The notes beneath the pieces are model-generated. The model ran no database searches and was not told where the DNA came from. It saw only the letters and a list, made by a program, of their open reading frames with translations. DNA of 64,000 nucleotides from an uncultured Actinomyces sp. (GTDB lineage Bacteria > Actinomycetota > Actinomycetes > Actinomycetales > Actinomycetaceae). Where the stretch lies: assembly GCA_946998115.1 (NCBI GenBank), contig CAMPYB010000001.1, positions 12,648 through 76,647 of the forward strand, written 5' to 3'. The translations under genes and the position numbers were made by a program. Within the stretch, counting starts at the first letter, position 1; each line of letters begins with the position of its first letter. This document shows, piece after piece, positions 10,023 to 19,325 of the stretch.

Positions 10023-11306
10023 TTATTTATACAACATTTTGTCTATCGACATTTTGTAATATTCAATAGTTTTTTGAGTAATATTATCCCAATCTTGAAA
10101 CGGCAAATTATTCTCATTATATTTTTTGAAATTATTTCTTAATTCATCATCTCTGATCAATGCTAGTATTGCTTTACATACATCTTTATCACTATTTGCC
10201 ATACGTCCAGTAACATTATCTGTCAAATATTGTTTAGCACCAGTATTATCTCTAACTACTATTGCCATTCCTGACGCTAACGCTTCCAATGAAGCTATTC
10301 CAAATGATTCTGCTAAAGCTAAAGTCACATATATATCTGAATTATGATAATAATAACGTAAAGTTTTTTTATCTTTTTTCCCCATAAGAAAAATTTTATC
10401 TTCAAGCCTGTAAAGTTTAATTAACATTTTTAAAAGAAATTTTAGATTACCATCCCCAAATATCCGCAAAATAAACATTTTATTTTCAGGCATATTTTTA
10501 TTTATAGCATTAAATACTTTTACTAATTGCAATGGTCTTTTTCGCCAGTTTAAACGCATCGACGCACAAATTTTCACTATAGTTTTTTCGTCATTACTAT
10601 TTGCAATAACATCTTTATATAAACTATTAATCGAATGACTATTTTTATCATATTCATTATTAAAACTATTATCATCTAATGAAATTTCATCTTTATGATC
10701 AACATTTTTTGCCCAAAATTTTGTGTCTATAGCATTTTCTAACACATACGAATGCACTCCAAAAGTATCATTTATCTGTTTTTGAAGTTTTTTAGAAACG
10801 CAAGTCAAAACAGCTCCTTGTTTCTCCCACTTCGCTATTGGTAAAAATAATTTACAAATATTTTTTACATTTCCTAGCATGCAATGAAAAGTTACAAGCA
10901 CTGGTTTCTTCATGCTCAAAGCAATTTCGATAGCCTTATAAGAAAATGGTGTTATTATTCCGAAATGTACATGAACAATATCTGTTTTTAGGAAGATTTT
11001 TCGCAAGCACTCATCTGAACCTAAAGCTAAAGGAAAATTTTTTGCGTAACTATTATGTAATCTATAAATATCACATTTAGCAATTTTTTCTTTTTGAATT
11101 TCAAGATTTTTTCTTATACGCTTTTTATAAATTATTTCAGATAAATCTACACTAGATTTCTTATTTTTATTACAATCGTAATTTTTTGTTGCAGTTACAA
11201 CTGTTACATCATTATTTTCTGATAATTTTTGCGATAAATCAGCAATATGTGATTCTATTCCTCCCATTCTTGGCAAAAAATAGTCACAAACTATGGTTAC
11301 TTTCAT
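10023..11306 (-). CDS. Glycosyltransferase family 4 (GT-B fold; PimA/PimB-like)
   Basis: N-terminal CDYFLPRMGGIESHI, DIVHVH, VTFH, and EX7E motif ESFGIASLE. Confidence 0.87.
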   Translation of the reverse strand: MKVTIVCDYFLPRMGGIESHIADLSQKLSENNDVTVVTATKNYDCNKNKKSSVDLSEIIYKKRIRKNLEIQKEKIAKCDIYRLHNSYAKNFPLALGSDECLRKIFLKTDIVHVHFGIITPFSYKAIEIALSMKKPVLVTFHCMLGNVKNICKLFLPIAKWEKQGAVLTCVSKKLQKQINDTFGVHSYVLENAIDTKFWAKNVDHKDEISLDDNSFNNEYDKNSHSINSLYKDVIANSNDEKTIVKICASMRLNWRKRPLQLVKVFNAINKNMPENKMFILRIFGDGNLKFLLKMLIKLYRLEDKIFLMGKKDKKTLRYYYHNSDIYVTLALAESFGIASLEALASGMAIVVRDNTGAKQYLTDNVTGRMANSDKDVCKAILALIRDDELRNNFKKYNENNLPFQDWDNITQKTIEYYKMSIDKMLYK

Positions 11307-11375
11307 ATTTTTAATTCCGATTAAAATTCTTCACAAAATTTATAATATCACTTTTAAAATTTTATTCATAAAAAG

Positions 11376-11448
<73 letters not shown>

Positions 11449-11468
11449 TTTAGTTATACAATAACCAG

Positions 11469-11540
11469 CTGGGGTACCAGGACTCGAACCTAGACTAAAT
11501 GAACCAGAATCACTCGTGCTGCCAATTACACCATACCCCA
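11469..11540 (-). tRNA. tRNA-Gln(CUG), U1-A72 pair, CCA not encoded
   Basis: Minus strand TGGGGTATGGTGTAATTGGCAGCACGAGTGATTCTGGTTCATTTAGTCTAGGTTCGAGTCCTGGTACCCCAG; anticodon CTG. Confidence 0.96.
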
Positions 11541-11570
11541 ATATGTATGTGATAAACAAACACTCGATAT

Positions 11571-11598
11571 ATTATACATGATTTTTTTGCACATACAA
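11571..11598 (-). promoter_or_regulatory. Probable sigma-A promoter of the tRNA-Gln/tRNA-Glu pair
   Basis: TTGTAT-16 nt-TATAAT on the minus strand, 30 nt upstream of tRNA-Gln. Confidence 0.5.
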
Positions 11599-11742
11599 TA
11601 TTTGTAAACTAAAACATCATTTAAATATATATTTTTTATTTCCTGTAGCGCTTTTCTAATAAATTCAACACTATTTGAATAAGTTCCTAAAACTATATCA
11701 AAATCTTATGAATTGTTACATACAAAAATCTAAATATAGAAT

Positions 11743-11783
11743 AAAAAAGGGAGCAATACCAGTCGAAACTGAGCACTGCTCCC
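11743..11783 (-). terminator. Intrinsic terminator of the TetR-YhgE/Pip unit
   Basis: Minus strand GGGAGCAGTGCTCAGT-TTCG-ACTGGTATTGCTCCC-TTTTTT: long stem, UUCG loop, U tract. Confidence 0.8.
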
Positions 11784-11849
11784 ATCATTGGAAAATAGTG
11801 TAATTTAGCTCTGAATGACACAAAATATCAATTCAAAGTCAAATAAATA

Positions 11850-14585
11850 TTAATTCAAAACTGTATCCTTGTTAGTCAAACGTATTCTATTTTTATTTAG
11901 CACTGATAACAATGCGATAAAGAAAATTACATATAGAATAAATCCAACACACACCAACACGCTTATGTTTGAATACATAAACGCATCTCCAAGGCCACCA
12001 GTTATAGCATTTCTCAACCCATTTATCGCATAAGTCATAGGAAGCAAAGGATTAATAGCATTGAAGAAACCATTTATTACAGGCATTGGGAACATTCCAC
12101 CTGAACCACCTATTTGCATTACTAACACAATAAGTCCTGCTAATAATCCAATCCTGCCGAAAATCAAAGTCAAACATTGACATAATCCAACGCTAAACAA
12201 TGAGAACACAAAGCTAACAAATAGAACTGCAAATAAATTTTCCACTTTCAAACCAGTTGATATAAGAACAAAGCTTTGCACTAAAACCATACTTAATGAA
12301 ATAGCGGCATATAAGCAAAATTCTTTCAAGAAAACTTTCCAAATATTTTCATTATACTTGTGCAAATTCCTTCGAGCTGGGAAACATAAACCAAACAATA
12401 ATGCACCCATAAACAAACCAGTTGACATTACAAATGGTGCTAAAGCATGACCATAGTTAGGTACTTTGCTAACTGTAGAATGAGATACATTTGTAGGCTC
12501 AGCAAACATTTCTATATTTTGTTGCGAAGGTTTTACTTCACTTACTTTTTGTGCACCTTCTGAAAGCTTAGTGGATAATTTAGAACTACCTTCATGAATT
12601 TTATGCACACCACTTGTAAGCTCTGTTCCTTTACTATTCAACAAAGATGACCCATTTGCAAGACGAGTTACCCCTCCGATTAATGCTGGAACTTTAGTAT
12701 TTAATTGCGATAGAGAATCGCTTAATTTTTGGCTTCCTTTATCAAGATCTACTGATCGTGTAGATAATTGATAGATACCTGCATAAACTGTAGAAACTCC
12801 ATTAGTGTATTTATTAATACTGTCAGCAAGAGTTGTAGCACCATGCGTTAATTTATCAGAAGAAGCATTTATTTGTTTTGACGCATTATATGCTCTATCT
12901 GCACCATTAGTATATTGAACAATACCATCAGCTAATTTTTGCACTTGTGGTGCCGAAGCTGATAATTTTTCACTTCCTTGCTGAACTTGCTCTAAGCCAT
13001 CTGATAATGCTTTTACTTTACGCGGAATTTCTCCAAGTAAATCTTTATTTTTATCCAGCACTGCTAATAATCCATCAGTTTTTTCAAGCAAAGTTTTAGA
13101 ATTATTCAACAAATTAGCAATTTTAGGAATTTGCGCTGAAATATTTGAAGCTTTTAAAGAATTAGTTGTAGCAGTAATTGCTGATAATTTTTCATTAATT
13201 TTTGCTATAGCATTTCCAATATTTATTTGTGAATTTTCTCTATCTTGTTGCTCACTTACAATAACATTAGCGTTTTTGATTATAGATTGTTTCAGTGTTG
13301 CATCAATATTTGAATTAGTTACTTGTGAAATAATTTCTTCAGCTTTTGATTTACTCACACCTTTAGTTCCAACAGATGCAAGCAAAGGATCGACTATTTG
13401 TTTTTTTTCTTCCTCAGAAATAGAAAGTTTATTCCATTCAATTTTCGATAGTTGAGCAAATAGTTGCTCAGTTTGAGAAAATTGTGATTTCAAATCAGCA
13501 ACTTCTTTTTTCAATTCTAAAGATTTTTTCAAAGCGGGAACTACACCACTCTTTGATAATTTTTCATTAAATTGCGTAGACTGTTTTTTTATTGTTCTAA
13601 CAGCAAAATTGAGTCTACCGAAATTTTTGCTACCTTCAGCAAGCACACTTCCTCCGGTTCTCAATTTTTCTGAATTTTCACTCAAATTTTTTAAACCATT
13701 TGTGAGTAGTGAAACGCCTCCAGTGTATTTAATTACTCCATCTTTAAATACATGGACACCATTTTTTAAAGAAGGATTAGCTTTTGTAAGAGATGAAGAC
13801 CCTGCTTCCAATTTTTTTACGCCTCCAGTATATTTTCTTATTCCATTATTTAGTTTTGAGCTACCTTCAGCAAGTTGAGAAGACGCAAAAGTAAGTGGAG
13901 CTATTGAACTGCGTAATGTCTGTAAGCCTTGATCTACTTTCGACACGCCTGCAGTATATTTTCCTGTTCCATCTTTTAGCTTCATCATTGCTTCATTTAG
14001 TTTTTTTGCTCCTTCTGAAGCATTATTCATACCAGTAGCTATATTTTTTACACTGTCAAACATTGTTTGAGTATAAGCTTTAGTCACAGCTGCTCTAACT
14101 TGAGTATTTAACTGTTTGACTCCCATTTCGCTCATAGTGCTTGCTAAATAATTTAAAGAATCATTTGTTTTATAATTCAATTGCATTTTTCGAGGGGCTT
14201 TTGATAATACTGTAGAAGCATTTTTTGAAAAATTTTCAGGAATAGTAAGTGTCGTATAATAGTAACGGTTTTTCATTCCTTTGTTTGCTTTTTCAGCACT
14301 GACAAATTCCCATTTCAACTGCTGATTTTTTTTAAGTTTATCAACAATATCTTTACCTACATGTAAATCTTTAGAATTATAACGTATCGATTTGTCGTTA
14401 TTCACAACTGCTATAGGCAAATTGCTCGCACCTGCATAAGGATCCCAAACAGATTTAATAAATGAAATACTGTAAAGCAAAGGTGCAAGAATTACTGCAA
14501 GTACTAAAATTATCGGCAATATTCGTTTATTTTTTAACCATTTTTCCACAAATGAAATATTTGTATCTTGTGGCATATTTTCCAT
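11850..14585 (-). CDS. YhgE/Pip family membrane protein
   Basis: N-terminal TM plus WDPY...LPIAVVNND; long helical region with L..G heptad repeats; PNYGHALAPF followed by a C-terminal multi-TM domain (QIGGSGGMFP, LPMTYAINGLR); RBS GGAGA before ATG 14585. Confidence 0.9.
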   Translation of the reverse strand: MENMPQDTNISFVEKWLKNKRILPIILVLAVILAPLLYSISFIKSVWDPYAGASNLPIAVVNNDKSIRYNSKDLHVGKDIVDKLKKNQQLKWEFVSAEKANKGMKNRYYYTTLTIPENFSKNASTVLSKAPRKMQLNYKTNDSLNYLASTMSEMGVKQLNTQVRAAVTKAYTQTMFDSVKNIATGMNNASEGAKKLNEAMMKLKDGTGKYTAGVSKVDQGLQTLRSSIAPLTFASSQLAEGSSKLNNGIRKYTGGVKKLEAGSSSLTKANPSLKNGVHVFKDGVIKYTGGVSLLTNGLKNLSENSEKLRTGGSVLAEGSKNFGRLNFAVRTIKKQSTQFNEKLSKSGVVPALKKSLELKKEVADLKSQFSQTEQLFAQLSKIEWNKLSISEEEKKQIVDPLLASVGTKGVSKSKAEEIISQVTNSNIDATLKQSIIKNANVIVSEQQDRENSQINIGNAIAKINEKLSAITATTNSLKASNISAQIPKIANLLNNSKTLLEKTDGLLAVLDKNKDLLGEIPRKVKALSDGLEQVQQGSEKLSASAPQVQKLADGIVQYTNGADRAYNASKQINASSDKLTHGATTLADSINKYTNGVSTVYAGIYQLSTRSVDLDKGSQKLSDSLSQLNTKVPALIGGVTRLANGSSLLNSKGTELTSGVHKIHEGSSKLSTKLSEGAQKVSEVKPSQQNIEMFAEPTNVSHSTVSKVPNYGHALAPFVMSTGLFMGALLFGLCFPARRNLHKYNENIWKVFLKEFCLYAAISLSMVLVQSFVLISTGLKVENLFAVLFVSFVFSLFSVGLCQCLTLIFGRIGLLAGLIVLVMQIGGSGGMFPMPVINGFFNAINPLLPMTYAINGLRNAITGGLGDAFMYSNISVLVCVGFILYVIFFIALLSVLNKNRIRLTNKDTVLN

Positions 14586-14648
14586 AACGATAAATTCTCC
14601 ATCCATATTATTTATGAGAATAATTTAATTGTGATTTATAACAAAATA

Positions 14649-15200
14649 TTATTCATGACTATGAGCTAAAAGATGATCAATTAATTTGTGTGTATGAGCT
14701 GTAATTTCTTCGCGCTCCCAATTGAAATCACACTCTTTCCAATAATACAAAGCTCCTATAAGTGAACCGGCAAATAATGTCATTGACAATTTAGGGTCTT
14801 TGAACGATCCCAACATTATTATCAAAGGATCTTCAACATTGTCTTCATGACGTTTTAACATGATGGAAACTAGTATTTTATTTAGTTTTAAATACAATCC
14901 ACTGCTAGCTTTATCGTCAGAAAGTAAGTTCATAAAATAAATTTTATTTTCTGAAATATAAGTTATTATTCTATTTATTCCATCTTCAAGTGTTGTTGCG
15001 GAATCAATTAATTTATGTATAGTTACTTCAGCAACTGATCGTAATAAATCTTCTTTGTCATTATAGTAGCGGTAAAAACTACTTCTATGTCTTTGAGCTG
15101 TATCACAAATGTCTTCTATTGTAAGCTCTGAAAAAGGATTATTTTTTAACAATATAAATAATGCTTGCTGAAAAGCTATTTGTGTGCGAGTAAGCTTCAT
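14649..15200 (-). CDS. TetR/AcrR family transcriptional regulator
   Basis: N-terminal HTH FSELTIEDICDTAQRHRSSFYRYYNDKEDLL. Confidence 0.9.
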   Translation of the reverse strand: MKLTRTQIAFQQALFILLKNNPFSELTIEDICDTAQRHRSSFYRYYNDKEDLLRSVAEVTIHKLIDSATTLEDGINRIITYISENKIYFMNLLSDDKASSGLYLKLNKILVSIMLKRHEDNVEDPLIIMLGSFKDPKLSMTLFAGSLIGALYYWKECDFNWEREEITAHTHKLIDHLLAHSHE

Positions 15201-15228
15201 ATTTTACCTTTCTATAGGCGAAAACATC

Positions 15229-15260
15229 AAATGAGACAAAAAGTTATTTTTGTCTCATTT
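15229..15260. promoter_or_regulatory. Perfect 14-bp inverted repeat, probable TetR operator
   Basis: AAATGAGACAAAAA-GTTA-TTTTTGTCTCATTT, 28 nt upstream of the tetR start. Confidence 0.7.
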
Positions 15261-15329
15261 ACTAAAGAATATATTATTCCAAAACTCACAAAAACACAAA
15301 TCTAAACTATTTTAATGTGAACAATACAC

Positions 15330-15365
15330 AAAAAACGGTGCAATCAATAACATCGATCACACCGT
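15330..15365 (-). terminator. Intrinsic terminator of gltX
   Basis: Minus strand ACGGTGTGATCGAT-GTT-ATTGATTGCACCGT followed by a T run. Confidence 0.7.
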
Positions 15366-15390
15366 AAATTTGCAAAAACAATTTAAAATA

Positions 15391-16902
15391 CTATTTGTTC
15401 TTTAATAATGCTTCCAAAGCATCAATACGTGCTAAACAATCATCCTTACCAAGAATTTCCATAGATTCAAACAACGGAGGAGAAACTTGCTTACCAGTAA
15501 TCGCTACACGTAAAGGCGCAAAAGCAAAACGAGGCTTCATACCACGCTCTTCAACAAGAATGCCAAACAACTTATCATGAAGATTTCCAGTAGTAAAGTC
15601 TTCTATACCCTCAATTATTTCACGACAAGAAGTTAAAACATCAAAAGCATCATCACGAAGTTTTGAAACAGATTTTTCATCAAATTTCAAATTCTCATTA
15701 GCAACAAACAAAAATCCTAACATGCCTGATGCTTCACTCAAAACTTTTATACGCGTCTGTATCAAAGGCGCAGCAGCAAGCAAAATCCTATTTTCTTCTT
15801 CCGACAAGTTCTCTAAACAATCAGCACTTACAAAACCAGAAGCGAAAAGATAAGGAACAATACGTGCTCTAAAATCATCTTCTTCAAGCATGCGTATATG
15901 CTCAGCATTAATTGCTTCACACTTCTTTTGATCAAATCTAGCAGGATTAGGATTTACATCACGAATATCAAAAGCCTTAACCATTTCTTCTTTAGAGAAA
16001 ATATCATTATCAGGTGAAATAGACCAACCAAGCAAAGCTAAATAATTCAAAAGTCCCTCAGGAATCATACCATTTTCTTTATGCAACAAAAGATTAGACT
16101 CAGGATCACGCTTTGAAAGCTTCTTATTGCCTTCACCCATAACATACGGCAAATGACCATATTCAGGAACCTGCTTACCTATACCCAACTCAACCAACGC
16201 TTTATGCAAAACAATCTGTCTAGGAGTAGAAGACAAAATATCTTCACCACGCAAAACAGTATTTATATCCATCATTGCATCGTCTACAGGATTTGTAAGC
16301 GTGTAAAGAGGATCACCATTAGATCTCACAATAACATAATCAGGAACAGTGCCAACTTTAAAAGTTATTTCACCACGTACTAAATCATTGAAAGTAATAT
16401 CTTCATCAGGCATGCGCATACGCAAAACTGGTTTTCTACCTTCGTCTCTAAAAGCCTGTTTTTGATCTTCAGTTAAATAACGATCATAACCATCATATCC
16501 AAGCTTAGGATCACGTCCAGCTTCTAAATGACGCTGTTGCACTTCTTCAGGTGTAGAAAAAGACTCATATGCATATCCAGCTTCCAAAAGTTTTTTAGCG
16601 ACATCTTTATAAATACTCATACGCTCAGACTGACGGTACGGGCCTTGAGTACCACCGACGCCTATACCTTCGTCCCAGTCTAATCCCAACCATTTTAAAG
16701 AATCAATTATCTGATTGAAAGATTCTTCACTATCTCTATTAGAATCAGTATCTTCAATTCTAAAAACAAAACTACCGCCAGTGTGGCGTGCATATGCCCA
16801 ATTGAACAAGCAAGTCCTTACCATACCAACATGTGGCGTGCCAGTAGGCGATGGACAAAAACGAACACGAACATTTGTAGTACAATTACTATCAGCATCC
16901 AT
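15391..16902 (-). CDS. gltX: Glutamate--tRNA ligase
   Basis: [17 protein letters not shown] (HIGH-type), FRIEDTD, RGED, KKLSKR (KMSKS-type), SPPLFESM. Confidence 0.97.
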   Translation of the reverse strand: MDADSNCTTNVRVRFCPSPTGTPHVGMVRTCLFNWAYARHTGGSFVFRIEDTDSNRDSEESFNQIIDSLKWLGLDWDEGIGVGGTQGPYRQSERMSIYKDVAKKLLEAGYAYESFSTPEEVQQRHLEAGRDPKLGYDGYDRYLTEDQKQAFRDEGRKPVLRMRMPDEDITFNDLVRGEITFKVGTVPDYVIVRSNGDPLYTLTNPVDDAMMDINTVLRGEDILSSTPRQIVLHKALVELGIGKQVPEYGHLPYVMGEGNKKLSKRDPESNLLLHKENGMIPEGLLNYLALLGWSISPDNDIFSKEEMVKAFDIRDVNPNPARFDQKKCEAINAEHIRMLEEDDFRARIVPYLFASGFVSADCLENLSEEENRILLAAAPLIQTRIKVLSEASGMLGFLFVANENLKFDEKSVSKLRDDAFDVLTSCREIIEGIEDFTTGNLHDKLFGILVEERGMKPRFAFAPLRVAITGKQVSPPLFESMEILGKDDCLARIDALEALLKNK

Positions 16903-17037
16903 GATTTAAACATATCCTAAACATAAAAAATTATTATATATTACTTATCTATTGTCACATAAATTTCACTCAGACTTAAACAATTATAGAAAACTAGATA
17001 AGATTATTAAGTAAAGAAATTAAAAATGGAGAGTAAA

Positions 17038-18333
17038 ATGTATAACAACAAATGCGACAACGATGTCCAAAACAATATTTTTGAAACAAAATTACAAAAA
17101 AAAGATATATATAATAAATTAAATTCAATAACTACTAAAAAACTTATGGATCAAGGACAACTCAAATGGAATTTGTATCCCGATTGCATAGGAGCATGGG
17201 TTGCAGAAACAGACTATGGCACTAGTCCTAAAATAGAACAAACACTAATACACGCAATAAAAAATAATCTATTAGGATACACACCTAACGGGCTAATAGA
17301 AAATTTAAAAACAGCTTGCGCACAATTTCAAAAAAACACTTTCGGCTGGGATATTAAAAAAGAAAATATTATTCCCCTACCTGATGTACTAACTTGTTTA
17401 CACATTATGTTGGATAATTTCATTCCCGCTAATTCAAAAGTAGTAGTATTAACACCTGCATATATGCCTTTTTTGCGCATTCCGCAAGAACATGGCCACG
17501 AAATAATTGAAATACAAGCTTTAATTGAAAATGAAAAATATGTTATAAATTATTCTGCAGTTGAAGATGCCTTCAAAAAAGGAGCTAAACTATTAATACT
17601 ATGCAATCCTTGGAATCCAATCGGTAGAGTTTTACGCAAAGAAGAACTAGAAAAAATAAGTAAAATCATAACCAAATATAATGCTTTAGTCTTCAGCGAC
17701 GAAATCCACTCGCCACTAGTTATAGACCCAAACATAAAATTAATAAACTATGCAAGCTTAAATGAAGAAACACGCAAACACACTATAACAGCTACAGCAG
17801 CATCTAAAGGCTGGAATATTGCTGGCTTAAAATCTGCACAAGCAATAATTACTAATAAAGATTTAGCAGAAAAATTTAATGTTATAGCTGAAAAATACAT
17901 AAAAAATATGCCACCTATAGGAATGATGGCAACTATAAGTGCATACACAGACACATCTAATTGGATAGATATTATTAAAGAATATATCAACGATAACGCA
18001 CAATTTTTGCAAGAAAAATTAAACAAAATACAAGGCGTACATTTCATAAAAAATGAAGGAACATATCTAGCGTGGATAAAGCTACCATCAATAAATAAAT
18101 TAAAATATGCAAATTATCTTTCAAAAGTAAATACAAATTTGGATTTAAAAGAATTGCAAAATTCAGAAAACATAGCTGAGGTTTTACGCAAAACTGTAAA
18201 AATTGCTGTAATTACCGGTCGAGCATGTGGAACTGGCTACGATGACTATATTCGTTTCAATCTAGCAATGCCTAGACCAGTTCTGCAAGAATGCATTGAA
18301 AAATTAGAAGAATTTATAAATCTTACAATGTGA
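17038..18333 (+). CDS. PLP-dependent MalY/PatB family C-S lyase (cystathionine beta-lyase-like)
   Basis: AWVAETDY, LCNPWNPIG, FSDEIH, PLP lysine in ASKGWNIAGLK, EGTYLAW, IRFNLA; start could also be 17026. Confidence 0.88.
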   Translation: MYNNKCDNDVQNNIFETKLQKKDIYNKLNSITTKKLMDQGQLKWNLYPDCIGAWVAETDYGTSPKIEQTLIHAIKNNLLGYTPNGLIENLKTACAQFQKNTFGWDIKKENIIPLPDVLTCLHIMLDNFIPANSKVVVLTPAYMPFLRIPQEHGHEIIEIQALIENEKYVINYSAVEDAFKKGAKLLILCNPWNPIGRVLRKEELEKISKIITKYNALVFSDEIHSPLVIDPNIKLINYASLNEETRKHTITATAASKGWNIAGLKSAQAIITNKDLAEKFNVIAEKYIKNMPPIGMMATISAYTDTSNWIDIIKEYINDNAQFLQEKLNKIQGVHFIKNEGTYLAWIKLPSINKLKYANYLSKVNTNLDLKELQNSENIAEVLRKTVKIAVITGRACGTGYDDYIRFNLAMPRPVLQECIEKLEEFINLTM

Positions 18334-18364
18334 AATTCTTTTAAAAATACGTGAAACACATACA

Positions 18365-18407
18365 AATTTTGTGAAGCTAGCATCATAAGCTTTAGCTTCA
18401 CAAAATT
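18365..18407. terminator. Bidirectional terminator between the convergent MalY/PatB and FAH genes
   Basis: Perfect 15-bp inverted repeat AATTTTGTGAAGCTA ... TAGCTTCACAAAATT. Confidence 0.7.
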
Positions 18408-18447
18408 GTATTATATAAGTAGTTACAACTGATTCATTTACAAAGCT

Positions 18448-19221
18448 TTATTCATCTTCTGTAAGTAGTGCATTACGAAGTGTACCTATATTTTCGATAT
18501 CACATTTTATAACACAATTGTCAGGTACTGTTATAGCATTTTCTTCACTATTTATAAATACAATATCACTAGGCAACAATGTACAATATTTACTAATTGT
18601 TGATATATGCGCATATATATCTCCAAGTTGTGAAGTAGAAAATGTTTTGACTGTAGTGTCATCAATAAGCGATTTCATTTGTAAATTATTAATATCAAAA
18701 TCTTTATCGACTACAACCCATGGGCCGACGACACAAGATGTATCAAATAAGCTACAAATAGAAGCAGAATGTTCACTTTTATGTCCAAGACTATCCCAAT
18801 TATCAATTTCAATTGCAATATCATTGACTACAGTAAAACCTAAAACATATTTTCTTATATCTTTAACATCAACATTTTTGCAGATACGTTTTATTACAAC
18901 ACCTAAACTTGTACTTGAAGAAACTTTCTTCACACGCACATCAGGTTTTACAATAGCAACATTAGGTCCTATAACACTAGTATTAGGTTTGATATGCACA
19001 TCAGCAATATTACCAGTCGCATCAATTCTCAGACCAAGCGCCTTAGAGCGAGGCAAAACAGTCGATAATAATCGAACATCTACTAAATCTACAATTTGGC
19101 CAGTAGGCTCAATTTTAGAGGAAAATAGAGGATCTGAATTCAACACTACAACTTTGTCACTATCATCTTTAATAACACCAAAATATAATGAATCATTCAT
19201 TTCAAAACGAACTATACGCAT
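18448..19221 (-). CDS. Fumarylacetoacetate hydrolase family protein (Rv2993c-like) with degenerate active site
   Basis: MRIVRF, VRLLS.VLPRSK, KPNTSVIGP, VLGFTVVND, FDTSCVVGPW, TLLPSD, IENIGTLRN; usual position upstream of gltX; RBS GGGGAGG. Confidence 0.85.
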   Translation of the reverse strand: MRIVRFEMNDSLYFGVIKDDSDKVVVLNSDPLFSSKIEPTGQIVDLVDVRLLSTVLPRSKALGLRIDATGNIADVHIKPNTSVIGPNVAIVKPDVRVKKVSSSTSLGVVIKRICKNVDVKDIRKYVLGFTVVNDIAIEIDNWDSLGHKSEHSASICSLFDTSCVVGPWVVVDKDFDINNLQMKSLIDDTTVKTFSTSQLGDIYAHISTISKYCTLLPSDIVFINSEENAITVPDNCVIKCDIENIGTLRNALLTEDE

Positions 19222-19270
19222 CATGCCTCCCCGATTATTCATAACATTTTCCAAAACAATACTACCAATT

Positions 19271-19296
19271 AAAAAGGGTAGCTACAAAGCTACCCT
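19271..19296 (-). terminator. Intrinsic terminator after the third symporter gene
   Basis: AGGGTAGC-TACAAA-GCTACCCT with a T run on the minus strand. Confidence 0.75.
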
Positions 19297-19325
19297 AAAT
19301 TTTTTTTACTGTACAAAATGTAAAT

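Noticed and set aside
8168..11375. RidA-GT4 region as a tRNA-Glu-integrated genomic island
   Set aside because: There is no integrase and I could not find a duplicated tRNA 3' end. Lateral origin is possible but unsupported by mobility signals.
12560..14030. Repetitive pattern in yhgE/pip as a DNA repeat array or CRISPR
   Set aside because: These are degenerate protein-level L..G heptads typical of the family, not identical DNA repeats with spacers. No cas genes are in the window.
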